DNA of 32,000 nucleotides from Acaryochloris marina MBIC11017 (GTDB taxonomy: Bacteria; Cyanobacteriota; Cyanobacteriia; Thermosynechococcales; Thermosynechococcaceae), in NCBI RefSeq assembly GCF_000018105.1, contig NC_009925.1, positions 4,590,001-4,622,000 on the forward strand, read 5' to 3'. The notes beneath the pieces are model-generated. The model did not search any database, was not told the origin of the DNA, and saw nothing but the letters and a program-made list of their open reading frames with translations. Both the position numbers and the translations under genes were made by a program. Positions 18,475-26,863 of this stretch are shown piece by piece. Numbering within the stretch: the stretch's first letter is position 1; the number at the start of each line of letters is the position of its first letter.

Positions 18475-19177
18475 AATGAATATCCCCCTCTGGATTACTT
18501 ACGAAAACAGGCCAATCAAGCTATGTTCGTTATCTATCCTGTTTTATTGAGTAAGTAATAATTGTCATTCTGTATAGAAATAGAAACTCACCCACTGGCG
18601 ACAAAATTTATGCCAATAAATAAATGCTGTTCTACATCTATTTTGCCCACTTGACAGCGGCAATTGTAACAATCACTTTATGCTTCACTGACGAAATAAA
18701 TCCTTATTCTTTGATAGCTAAAATCCTTAATTCACCTGCCATATTGCGTCTTAGCAAAAGGAGTAAAGAATTAAAGCTGGTAAAACTAGAAGAAGTTTTC
18801 TTGAAACAGTTTTTGTTATGAAAAAGTTATACAAAAGCCTAGATCTTCACATAAAAATCATTTCGATAAGTCTTAAAGATCTAACGAAAAAATAAAAAAA
18901 CAGAATTCCAAAAAAAATGCAAGAATATCTGATCGTCTGAACGATATAAGCCTTAAAGCATATCTCATATAGCTATCAACAAGGATAAATTTTTTACACC
19001 GACCTAACATCTTGTTATTGAAGCGGTATCCAGCATTCTATTGCTTCCTAGGTGATAAGCAAAAAGATCAGATCCATTTGAGAATTTCACTCATCGCCTG
19101 ACCAATAGGTGCTTGATAGAAGTCCTATTCATATCTCCCCAGTACCTTGCGGTCTAAAAGATCCACCCCTCCAGCTT

Positions 19178-20785
19178 CTAAATCTCCAGCAAAGGTATTG
19201 AGGAGGCAAAAGGAAGGCTATGCACTGCGATTTGCTCATTGGCAAATTCCAAGAATTCTATTCCTAGCAGTGTTTGGGTTCCACCTGCCCCAATTACCTG
19301 GAACTGTTCAGGGCCACCACGGAACGTAAAGTCACTCATCAACGCTTGATATTGGACAACATCATTCCCCAGTCCCCCAATCAACGAATCTTGACCGGGA
19401 CCACCAACAAAGACATCATCCCCCGCACCGCCCGCTAACCAATCATCGCCATTTCCGCCTACTAACTTGTCGGCACCATTCCCCCCAAACAACCAGTCAT
19501 GCCCCTCTCCGCCACGGAGAATATCATCTCCAGCATTCCCCCATAATCGGTCATTTCCCCTACCGCCAAGGAGATCGTCATCTCCTTGATTGCCCCATAG
19601 GGCATCAGCCCCCTCATCTCCAATCAGAATGTCACTCCCCTCATTCCCCGATAGCCAATCGCCGCCCTCTCCACCGAATACTAAATCATCACCAGAACCG
19701 CCCCAGGCAACATCCCGACCCGCTCCACCATCTATCGTGTCATTACCGGTATTTCCAAATAGCCAATCCCGGCCTTGCCACCCTTCAATGCGATCGTCTC
19801 CCGAAAGACCAAAGAGAAAATCATTCCCTGCGAATCCATCGATATTGTCTGCCGCCTTTGTACCAAATAAGAAATCCCGTTGGGAAGTCCCTAGAATGTC
19901 ATTCAAAGTAGGTTGAGGAATGTCCCCTATCAACGTATTGAAGATGGTTTCACCGATGATGGCATGGGCCTGTGTGGTGGGATGTAACGGATCCCAAAAG
20001 AAAAATCCAGGGGTATTGGGAAGCGCTTGCCCCGTAGCGACTAATGACAGGAGTGGGTCGGTGGTATTGGTAAATCCAAAGCGGGTAGGATTTTCAGCAA
20101 TCGTTTCTCCCAGCCCAAATAAATCAACTTCAACCAGCTCCAAGCTCTGATTGCCAACCTTTTGCTCCAGGTTGTCTAAGGATAATCCCAGGCGTCCGTT
20201 AAATGCGATCGCAACTGTTCGTGCTTCTCGTTGAAATGCCGCGCTCGTAGGTAGTCGGCCTAGGTTTAGCATATTGGGTATCACGAATTTACTCGCTCCC
20301 GATGCCACCAGCGCTTCTACTCCAACCAGTAAGTTCTCAACCCCTTGTTCAATTAAGACCGCTCGATCGTCTGTATTCGTGCCGCCTAAGTTATCGAGAA
20401 AATTTGTTGGCCCTGCCCAGACAAAGAACAAGCTATTGGCAGAGTCGGTTCCTAATTGTCGATATGCATCAACTTGATCCAGTAGCCCCGGTAAATCTAA
20501 ATTGAAGTCATCTTCATTCGAGTTGTTGCGACCTGTTCCAGCTCCAGTAAAAGAAAAATTATTCCCACCCAGTAATGACGGCGCTAGCGCTAAATTCAGA
20601 TTTGATTCGGCATTATTGAGCCTATCTACTACATACTCAATTGCCACAGGTCCATTAGAAACCCGTCCCTCGAAGTAGGGAGGAGGAGGAATCTGACCAG
20701 CAGTGAACGTGAAGATATTTCCTGTGTCAGATAGACTATCCCCGAGGACATAGATATTCGTTAAATCTCCAAGGGTAATTCTCAT
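19178..20785 (-). CDS. Secreted-type GDSL/SGNH lipase-esterase fused to RTX calcium-binding repeats
   Basis: SGNH block I is YVLGDSLSDTGN (residues 12-23) and block V is WDPLHPT (DxxH). About 19 consecutive nonapeptide GGxGxDxLx-type repeats follow (residues about 305-477), then a non-repetitive C-terminal tail of about 55 aa, the usual position of a T1SS signal. Confidence 0.9.
   Translation of the reverse strand: MRITLGDLTNIYVLGDSLSDTGNIFTFTAGQIPPPPYFEGRVSNGPVAIEYVVDRLNNAESNLNLALAPSLLGGNNFSFTGAGTGRNNSNEDDFNLDLPGLLDQVDAYRQLGTDSANSLFFVWAGPTNFLDNLGGTNTDDRAVLIEQGVENLLVGVEALVASGASKFVIPNMLNLGRLPTSAAFQREARTVAIAFNGRLGLSLDNLEQKVGNQSLELVEVDLFGLGETIAENPTRFGFTNTTDPLLSLVATGQALPNTPGFFFWDPLHPTTQAHAIIGETIFNTLIGDIPQPTLNDILGTSQRDFLFGTKAADNIDGFAGNDFLFGLSGDDRIEGWQGRDWLFGNTGNDTIDGGAGRDVAWGGSGDDLVFGGEGGDWLSGNEGSDILIGDEGADALWGNQGDDDLLGGRGNDRLWGNAGDDILRGGEGHDWLFGGNGADKLVGGNGDDWLAGGAGDDVFVGGPGQDSLIGGLGNDVVQYQALMSDFTFRGGPEQFQVIGAGGTQTLLGIEFLEFANEQIAVHSLPFASSIPLLEI
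19355..19873 (-). repeat. In-frame 27-nt periodic coding repeats (RTX nonapeptides)
   Basis: Protein stretch GFAGNDFLFGLSGDDRIEGWQGRDWLFGNTGNDTIDGGAGRDVAWGGSGDDLVFGGEGGDWLSGNEGSDILIGDEGADALWGNQGDDDLLGGRGNDRLWGNAGDDILRGGEGHDWLFGGNGADKLVGGNGDDWLAGGAGDDVFVGGPGQDSLIGGLGND. Confidence 0.9.
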
Positions 20786-20840
20786 CTTTATCCCTCCTAC
20801 AGTTCTCTTAAAGCGCTAGAAATCTGCGCTAAGCAAAGCT

Positions 20841-20899
20841 TAAAAAGGCTGCAAAATTCATGCTGGAATATGAGTTATACCCCAGCATGAATTTTGCAG
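20841..20899 (-). terminator. Perfect 18-bp hairpin followed (on the minus strand) by CCTTTTTA; terminator- or attenuator-like
   Basis: CTGCAAAATTCATGCTGG (20849-20866) and CCAGCATGAATTTTGCAG (20882-20899) are exact reverse complements, with a 15-nt loop. On the minus strand the stem is followed by CCUUUUUA (20848-20841). It lies 56-114 nt upstream of the RTX gene start. Confidence 0.45.
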
Positions 20900-21569
20900 G
20901 TTACTAACTCTGCCCTCTAGTAGAGATTAATTTTATTTCTAACTTTTGGATAAAAATATTTATTTACAATCCAAAAATTATTCCGAACACTTTATTGCCT
21001 ATTCCCTCAGAATTAGAACCAATCTTTTTGAACCCATAGGACTAATTTATTCAGTCGGGCAAATAGTCTACCGATATAAAAGAACGAACAAATTGGATAT
21101 TGGATAGACTGAAATATTTCTCTGACAAAGCTAAAACTTCATTCTCTACCCAAGTTGCATTATAAGGATAGTACTCACCCAAAATAAAATCAGCCAGACA
21201 GTACTATCCGGCTAAAAGAGGCATATATAGCTGAAGACCAAGTATGAGCTTGAAGGTTGGCAGCCATTAGCAACCAACCGCAAAGGCATTATTTTGGTAC
21301 TTCTGTGCAAGCTTTTGATGATGAGCCAATAAACAGAAACTCCAGGCTAATAGATGCCTAGCATAGAGTCTTTTATCCCATCTATCGATAAAAAAGAAAT
21401 GCCTTTAAAGTTCTAGGCAATCGAAAACTATGCAAATATTTAGAAGGGATTTTTCGAAAGAATCTGCCACGCAAACGGGTGAGAATCAATTAGGTTGGAA
21501 GGCCAAAATCTTGTTTTTCATCAACCTCATTGGCATACGCTAAAGCCCAGAAGTTCTTTTAAATATACT

Positions 21570-22220
21570 CTAGACGGTTAAGAGATTAACTTTCTGGAAA
21601 GACTGAAATTTGAGTGAGAGCAGGCTGGTTAGTTTCGCCTTATGCTCTGTATTGCATTGGTCAATGCACTGTTGAATGGCCCCTTTGAAAGAGTGAAAAT
21701 CCGAATAATACTTCGAGTAGAGACATTCCTTGCGCACAAAGCGCCAAAGCCGCTCAATCAAATTCAAATGGGGTGAATAGGAGGGCAAATAGACTAACTC
21801 AATATCGACGATCTCAGCAAAGTCAGTCACCAGCTGGCATTTTTGATATCGGGCATTGTCTAAAATGACGCTGATGGGTATGACTGGGTCGAGTAGTGCC
21901 AGCTTGGCTAGCAACAGACACATGCTATGAGAGTTGATGTAGGTGTGGTTGGTGATACTGGTGACTTCTTTGGTGACAGCGTTGAGTGCACCCAGAACAT
22001 TGAATCGTTGACGGCCAGAAGGAGAAGGGATGAAGATCCGACGAAGGCACCAGAGAAACCCCAGATAAGCCCGGTGAACAAAATGAGCAGCATCCACAAA
22101 AAAGACAAGACGCTCTTGGCGTTGAGCTTCCTCTAATAAGGGTTCAAGGCGAGTTTGTCGAAACTGCTCTTGCTCCTCAATTTTCTCGGGCAGACTCGAC
22201 TTTCCCGGCACATACCCCAC
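21570..22220 (-). CDS. IS630-family transposase, DDE catalytic part (orfB frame)
   Basis: FFVDAAHF (D), ILDNARYQK (D) and PSYSPHLNLIERLW (E). This frame stays open upstream through ...RFKAFLKRIGCRSRKVGYVPGK, which continues the orfA homology. Confidence 0.8.
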   Translation of the reverse strand: MGYVPGKSSLPEKIEEQEQFRQTRLEPLLEEAQRQERLVFFVDAAHFVHRAYLGFLWCLRRIFIPSPSGRQRFNVLGALNAVTKEVTSITNHTYINSHSMCLLLAKLALLDPVIPISVILDNARYQKCQLVTDFAEIVDIELVYLPSYSPHLNLIERLWRFVRKECLYSKYYSDFHSFKGAIQQCIDQCNTEHKAKLTSLLSLKFQSFQKVNLLTV

Positions 22221-22626
22221 TTTTCGAGAGCGACAACCAATGCGTTTGAGGAAGGCTTTGAATCTGGGTTGGAGAACGCTTAATACCTGTCAATTGTTCA
22301 ATGACTGCTTGGGCTTCTGCACTGGTGCGGGGCGGGTGTTGCTCAAAATAGGCTCTCACACTATCGCTATGAGCGTTGAGTGAACTGGATTGACCTTTGT
22401 ATTCCAGGGTTTTCAACCCTTCAATTCCGCCTTGTTGATACAGACGAAGGGTTTTAGCTAAGGTCGGACGACTAATCTGACAAAGCTGACAAATCTGGGC
22501 ATGGGGAAGACCCTGACTTTTCAAGTAGAGCACTTCCATCCGTCGCTGCACCCGTGGGTGAGGGTGATGATAGCGTTCGTAATTGAGGTGTTGGATTTCC
22601 TCTGCGGTGAAATCAATTTTAATCAT
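22177..22626 (-). CDS. IS630-family transposase, N-terminal HTH part (orfA frame)
   Basis: MIKIDFTAEEIQHLNYERYHHPHPRVQRRMEVLYLKSQGLPHAQICQLCQISRPTLAKTLRLYQQGGIEGL is a typical IS630 paired HTH region. I use the ATG at 22626 rather than the track start at 22668. After ...GIKRSPTQIQ the frame drifts into non-homologous sequence. Confidence 0.75.
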   Translation of the reverse strand: MIKIDFTAEEIQHLNYERYHHPHPRVQRRMEVLYLKSQGLPHAQICQLCQISRPTLAKTLRLYQQGGIEGLKTLEYKGQSSSLNAHSDSVRAYFEQHPPRTSAEAQAVIEQLTGIKRSPTQIQSLPQTHWLSLSKSGVCAGKVESAREN

Positions 22627-22717
22627 GCAAGTAGGGGAGTCGGTTGAGGGATACTCCCAGTCTGCCAAATCTCTCCACTACAATGTTAAGCCGCAAGTCG
22701 TACGCAGTATACTTTAC

Positions 22718-24139
22718 CTAATCAGGCACATAAATCTGATAGTCATCTTGGCGCAGGGTTTTTACCCATTTCAAGCGTTTGGGTCGAATGGACATCCTGG
22801 CCGTGACACAAGCCATCACCAAAAACCAATGGCAAGTATACAGCGTCCCTCTTACGGTTTGTAAGAACATCACCAGCGGTGTTGGGGCAATTTGTTCAGC
22901 TTTACGAATACGGTCTAACCCATTCCACATGCCAACCAACGACAACAACATGGTGACACTCGTCATCGGCATTAGTAGTGGGAGCTGGTTGCGAGCGGTC
23001 GCCATCACCAAGTCAGGCACAGCTGCAGTGGGCAGAACATATTGAGCAAACCAAAACACCACTAAATCAAAGGTTTTACGGGGTCCTAAACGATTGCGAA
23101 TAATTAAAGGCCAATAATCTAAATATCGTTGATACCCCCCTTCGGCCCAACGATTCCGTTGATGCCAAAGCGCTATAGCCCGTGTCACTCCTTCTTCCCG
23201 TACCGCAGGTACAGGCAATATGCCAATGTCCCAATGATTTAGATGTAAGCGGAAGGTCAAATCCAAATCATCAGTGATGGTCGCTTCATTCCAGCCCCCA
23301 CAACTTGCCAACGCCTGGCGACGCACAAATTGGCCATTACCACGCAGCTCGCCAACCCCCCCCACTGCAATCCGCTGCTGTTGAAGATACAGGTCTAAAC
23401 CCATTTCAGCAGACTGACCTCGAGTCCAAAAATTGGTATCAGCGTTCGCAATCTGTTTACGAACCTGGACGGCACCCATTTGCGGATCATCAAACAGGGG
23501 TAACACTCGACAGAGTAAATCGGCAGAGACCTGAGCATCAGCATCAAAAACCCCAATGATGTCGCCTTGAGTCATTGGCAAAACCTGATTTAAGGCCCCG
23601 GATTTGCCACCACCGTCTTCTTCCGATCGGCGCAGCACATGGAGTTGCGCATACTCTTCAGACAATTGAGCCAGTACGTCGGGGGTCTTATCCGTACTAT
23701 TGTCATCTACAATCCAAACTTCATATCGTTCGGCAGGATAGTCTAGCTTGCAGAGGGTTTTAACCAAAGATCCTAGAACTGCTTCTTCATTTTTTGCCGA
23801 TACTAAGAGGGATACAAAGGGATATTCAGTTTCAGGTTTATCTAGGTTTAATGGCTCTTCAGTGGGCAGTGCCGACGCCCGAATCATTCGCAACCAGTGC
23901 ATACTAATAACGGTTGTCAGACCACAAACGGCCCAAAACCCAACCGAAAACAGATGCAACGCAATCGTACAGCTCCAAATTAAGGCCAGCATCAAAGCCG
24001 CTTTGCGTCGCCGACCTTCACCTTCGGGATAATCAATTTCTACCTCAGAAAGCTGTGGGAGTTCCGGGTCTTCTGGCCATGGAGATTTCACGTTAGACAT
24101 GCTGCAAGAATCGTTTTCTGGCCAGGAATTCTCCGACAT
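22718..24139 (-). CDS. Membrane-bound family-2 glycosyltransferase (processive beta-GT architecture)
   Basis: VWIVDDNSTDKT, GVFDADA, ITDDLDLTFRL and QRNRWAEG (QxxRW). It has an N-terminal TM helix (ALMLALIWSCTIALHLFSVGFWAVCGL) and several C-terminal TM helices. An alternative start at ATG 24100 gives an 8-nt ATGTCTAA overlap with the upstream gene. Confidence 0.85.
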   Translation of the reverse strand: MSENSWPENDSCSMSNVKSPWPEDPELPQLSEVEIDYPEGEGRRRKAALMLALIWSCTIALHLFSVGFWAVCGLTTVISMHWLRMIRASALPTEEPLNLDKPETEYPFVSLLVSAKNEEAVLGSLVKTLCKLDYPAERYEVWIVDDNSTDKTPDVLAQLSEEYAQLHVLRRSEEDGGGKSGALNQVLPMTQGDIIGVFDADAQVSADLLCRVLPLFDDPQMGAVQVRKQIANADTNFWTRGQSAEMGLDLYLQQQRIAVGGVGELRGNGQFVRRQALASCGGWNEATITDDLDLTFRLHLNHWDIGILPVPAVREEGVTRAIALWHQRNRWAEGGYQRYLDYWPLIIRNRLGPRKTFDLVVFWFAQYVLPTAAVPDLVMATARNQLPLLMPMTSVTMLLSLVGMWNGLDRIRKAEQIAPTPLVMFLQTVRGTLYTCHWFLVMACVTARMSIRPKRLKWVKTLRQDDYQIYVPD

Positions 24140-25067
24140 AACTGACTTGGTTCAAGACCCAATATTTATCAACACCTTGGAAAAAGCTGGGAATGAGATA
24201 GCACCAAACGGTACAACCTTCGCATACCTTAAGCTGCCCTTGGGATTGGCGGTATTCTTCAACGATTTCAGATTGTCGATATAGTTCGTACAATTTGCCT
24301 TCTATGGGTACGCCAGTTTGAGCGAAGTGATAGCAAGGAAGCAGCAACTCGTCATTCGGGGAAATGGCGATCACGGCATCGACCGCTTTACATCTTGGGT
24401 TTTGGGTATCATTCCCTCCAGCCCTGATGAACTCTAAAGCTGCTTTGTTGTACCCCAGATTTCGGTACTTTCTGCCACTAGACTCAATGGCCTCGACAAT
24501 AGCAGGGGTTGGATTTTTCCGATTGTTATAGTTTGCGTAGGCGGTAAATGCTGGATTCAGCCATACTCTGACTCCTAGGCGTGCTCCTAATTCAGCTACC
24601 TCATGAATCCGCTCGTAGTTCTGTGCTGTCACCGTATGGTTCAGAACTGGATATTCTCCTAGGTCTAGGGCTAACTTGACCGACTCGACCAAATTATCAA
24701 AAATTTTGACTCCCCTTGATTGATCGTGGGTTTCTGCATCCGGACCATCCAGTGAGAAATTGAGGAAGTCGACTAGCCCTCTGACTTCATGGGCCTTTTT
24801 TAAATAGAGAATCGTATTGGTGGTCATGCTGGTGTAGAACCCAAGCTGCTTCGCAGTTTGGTAGATTCGGCCAACATCTGTTCTTAAAAGCGGCTCTCCT
24901 CCTGTAAAATCAACATATTTGACTCCCAGGCGCTTTAAATCTTCTAGATTATGCTCAATCGTATCGAAATCTGCTTCCTTACCTGGATCTAACGCCCAAA
25001 TATCACAGAAATGACATCGAGCATTGCAACGGTAGGTCAGATAATAATTTGCAACTAGGGGAGCCAT
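24093..25067 (-). CDS. Radical SAM enzyme with Cys-rich C-terminal (auxiliary-cluster-like) region
   Basis: YYLTYRCNARCHFCDIW has CX3CX2C at residues 14-21, and FTGGEPLL is present. The last ~95 residues hold five further Cys (RCK, PCY, CEGC, WCY). Confidence 0.88.
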   Translation of the reverse strand: MAPLVANYYLTYRCNARCHFCDIWALDPGKEADFDTIEHNLEDLKRLGVKYVDFTGGEPLLRTDVGRIYQTAKQLGFYTSMTTNTILYLKKAHEVRGLVDFLNFSLDGPDAETHDQSRGVKIFDNLVESVKLALDLGEYPVLNHTVTAQNYERIHEVAELGARLGVRVWLNPAFTAYANYNNRKNPTPAIVEAIESSGRKYRNLGYNKAALEFIRAGGNDTQNPRCKAVDAVIAISPNDELLLPCYHFAQTGVPIEGKLYELYRQSEIVEEYRQSQGQLKVCEGCTVWCYLIPSFFQGVDKYWVLNQVSYVGEFLARKRFLQHV

Positions 25068-25313
25068 AATCTTCTGTTCCAGCTAAGCAACTTTACCGGC
25101 AGAGGTCCATTGGTTCTACCCACCACGTATACCATAAACTGTATATATATCTTTATATATTTGGTGTGCTTGACATTCTGACTGCTCAATAAAGGGGAAG
25201 CATTTTGAGAGAAAAGCAGAAAAATTCAGGTCAAACAGTAAAATTCGTCACGGACTTGCCCATACTTCATACATGAGGTTTATTGATTGATCGGTCAATG
25301 AGGACGTTGTTAG

Positions 25314-25694
25314 ATGACCCAAGTTTTAGATGCTATTCAACCTGCTACCCCACGAGACGTTAATGTCTACCTGCCTTACTACCAAGGCGGCAAGAGAGAT
25401 TTACTGCCCTTAGCGATAACGCTGTATCAAAATAGTAATTTGGAGGGGCAACGGGGTATTGAAGGGGGAAGCAACATCCCATTTGTAGCAACTTGGAACG
25501 TTTCTAAGTTACCTGCAGACCTCACCCGTTGCCGTATCCAGTTCGATAATGATGGAGATCTCAATTACGAACTCACGATCACCAATTTTGAATTTATTGG
25601 TTTTTTAATCGAAGTAATTACCAACTACCGACGCACAAAAGTTGCTGATTTTCCCAAGACTTTCTATCGTAAGCTGTTAAAACTAGATGATTAA
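25314..25694 (+). CDS. Hypothetical protein (126 aa)
   Basis: GAGGA lies about 10 nt upstream of the ATG. It is followed 26 nt later by the DRTGG-domain gene. No family recognised. Confidence 0.6.
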   Translation: MTQVLDAIQPATPRDVNVYLPYYQGGKRDLLPLAITLYQNSNLEGQRGIEGGSNIPFVATWNVSKLPADLTRCRIQFDNDGDLNYELTITNFEFIGFLIEVITNYRRTKVADFPKTFYRKLLKLDD

Positions 25695-25720
25695 CACTTA
25701 ATCCATGAGGAGTTCTCGGA

Positions 25721-26809
25721 GTGCAAAAGGCATCAAAGCACCTGCTGATTGGTTCCATTGAAGCCTTCAGTGGTAAGTCAGCTGCCATTTTGGGCCTTGC
25801 TCAATCTCTGATCAGTAAGGGATACCGATTAGCCTACGCCAAACCCATCGGGACCTATGCTGAAGGATTGGCTAATGACGGGCTAGATATTGATGTTAAG
25901 TTCATTGCTGAAACCCTTGGACTCACGTCAGAGCAGATTTACCCGACCCTGTTATCTATCAATCCTCATCACATTCAGCAACAACTTGAAGATAGGGATG
26001 CGACGAACTACGTAGAACAGCTACATCAGTTGGAAAAGAGAGATGATGTTGACCTCGTCCTCTTAGAAGGTCCTGGTTCCTTGTCGGAAGGGTATCTATT
26101 TGACGTATCTCTACCCCAAATGGCTCAGGCACTGGATGCAGAGGTTGTGTTAGTGAGCCGCTTTCACAATCTAGCCATGATAGATGCATTGCTTAATGCG
26201 AAAGCAATCCTTGGTAATCGTTTGGTGGGCGTTATTTTCAATGATGTCAACGTTGAACAGCAACAACTATTGCAATCAACAGTGCAATCCTTTCTAGAAA
26301 CGAAAGAAATACCTGTTGTGGGGATACTACCCAGTAACGCCTTACTACGCAGTGTTAGCGTATCGGAATTGGTCCAACAGCTCCAGGCTGAGGTGTTGTG
26401 CGGCCATGAATTTCTCAACCTCATGGTGGAAGAGCTGACCATCGGAGCGATGAACGTTAATTCTGCCTTAAAGTATTTCCGCAAAGGGCGAAATATGGCT
26501 GTGGTGACAGGAGGCGACCGCACTGATCTACAACTTGCGGCTTTGGAGTCTTCTACCCATTGCTTGATTTTGACGGGGCATTTCCCTCCCAACGAACTTG
26601 TACTGAACCGGGCTAAAGATCTGGAGATTCCAGTCTTGCTAGTTGATTCGGACACCTTGACTACCGTTGACATCATAGAGAAAGCGTTTCAGCGTGCCCA
26701 AGTCCATGAACGCATTAAAGTTGAATGCATTCAGGACATGATTAGTCAGTACTGCGATATTGATCGACTCTTGAGCGCCCTGGGTTTACCCTCTCCTGTC
26801 GCTCTTTAA
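25721..26809 (+). CDS. DRTGG-domain protein of the 'phosphotransacetylase family' type (Pta N-terminal-like, no acetyltransferase domain)
   Basis: N-terminal DTBS/CobQ-like loop LIGSIEAFSGKSAAILGLA, and C-terminal VVTGGDRTDLQLAAL (DRTGG motif). The GTG start has GAGGAG upstream. Confidence 0.8.
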   Translation: MQKASKHLLIGSIEAFSGKSAAILGLAQSLISKGYRLAYAKPIGTYAEGLANDGLDIDVKFIAETLGLTSEQIYPTLLSINPHHIQQQLEDRDATNYVEQLHQLEKRDDVDLVLLEGPGSLSEGYLFDVSLPQMAQALDAEVVLVSRFHNLAMIDALLNAKAILGNRLVGVIFNDVNVEQQQLLQSTVQSFLETKEIPVVGILPSNALLRSVSVSELVQQLQAEVLCGHEFLNLMVEELTIGAMNVNSALKYFRKGRNMAVVTGGDRTDLQLAALESSTHCLILTGHFPPNELVLNRAKDLEIPVLLVDSDTLTTVDIIEKAFQRAQVHERIKVECIQDMISQYCDIDRLLSALGLPSPVAL

Positions 26810-26863
26810 AATAATTGATTGTTAATCGCTCCATTCACTTGTCACCAAGTGTTCCGTTTGATT

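Larger units (their letters stand above)
21564..22711 (-). mobile_element. IS630-family insertion sequence (about 1.15 kb), boundaries approximate
   Basis: It contains an HTH orfA plus a DDE orfB, with DD35E spacing from LDNARY...(35)...NLIE. Putative TA target dinucleotides lie at 21564-21565 and 22710-22711. Each is followed by TACT inward (TACTCTAGAC... on the left, ...GTACGCAGTA on the right), but the terminal inverted repeats are only weakly matching. Confidence 0.7.

Noticed and set aside
18624-18821. 65-aa ORF in the AT-rich spacer
   Set aside because: It has no ribosome-binding site, and its I/L/K/F-rich composition is what AT-rich non-coding DNA produces. No homology recognised.
19147-20505. 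Pro/Ser-rich plus-strand ORFs (19147..19329, 19590..19916, 19920..20150, 20274..20477, 20302..20505)
   Set aside because: They lie antisense to the RTX/GDSL gene. The P/S richness is simply the complement of the GGN-GAY repeat codons.
22177-22270. Classical programmed -1 ribosomal frameshift in the IS630 transposase
   Set aside because: The frame geometry requires +1 (or -2), and no slippery heptamer is visible at the homology junction.
24093-25067. Radical SAM as a prokaryotic viperin (pVip) antiviral enzyme
   Set aside because: The N-terminal NYYLTYRCNARCHFC resembles the viperin NYHFTRQCNYKCGFC block. However, the C-terminus is Cys-rich (auxiliary-cluster type) rather than viperin-like. 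The coupled partner is a membrane GT2, not a nucleotide kinase. No other defence genes flank it. An HMM search would settle this.
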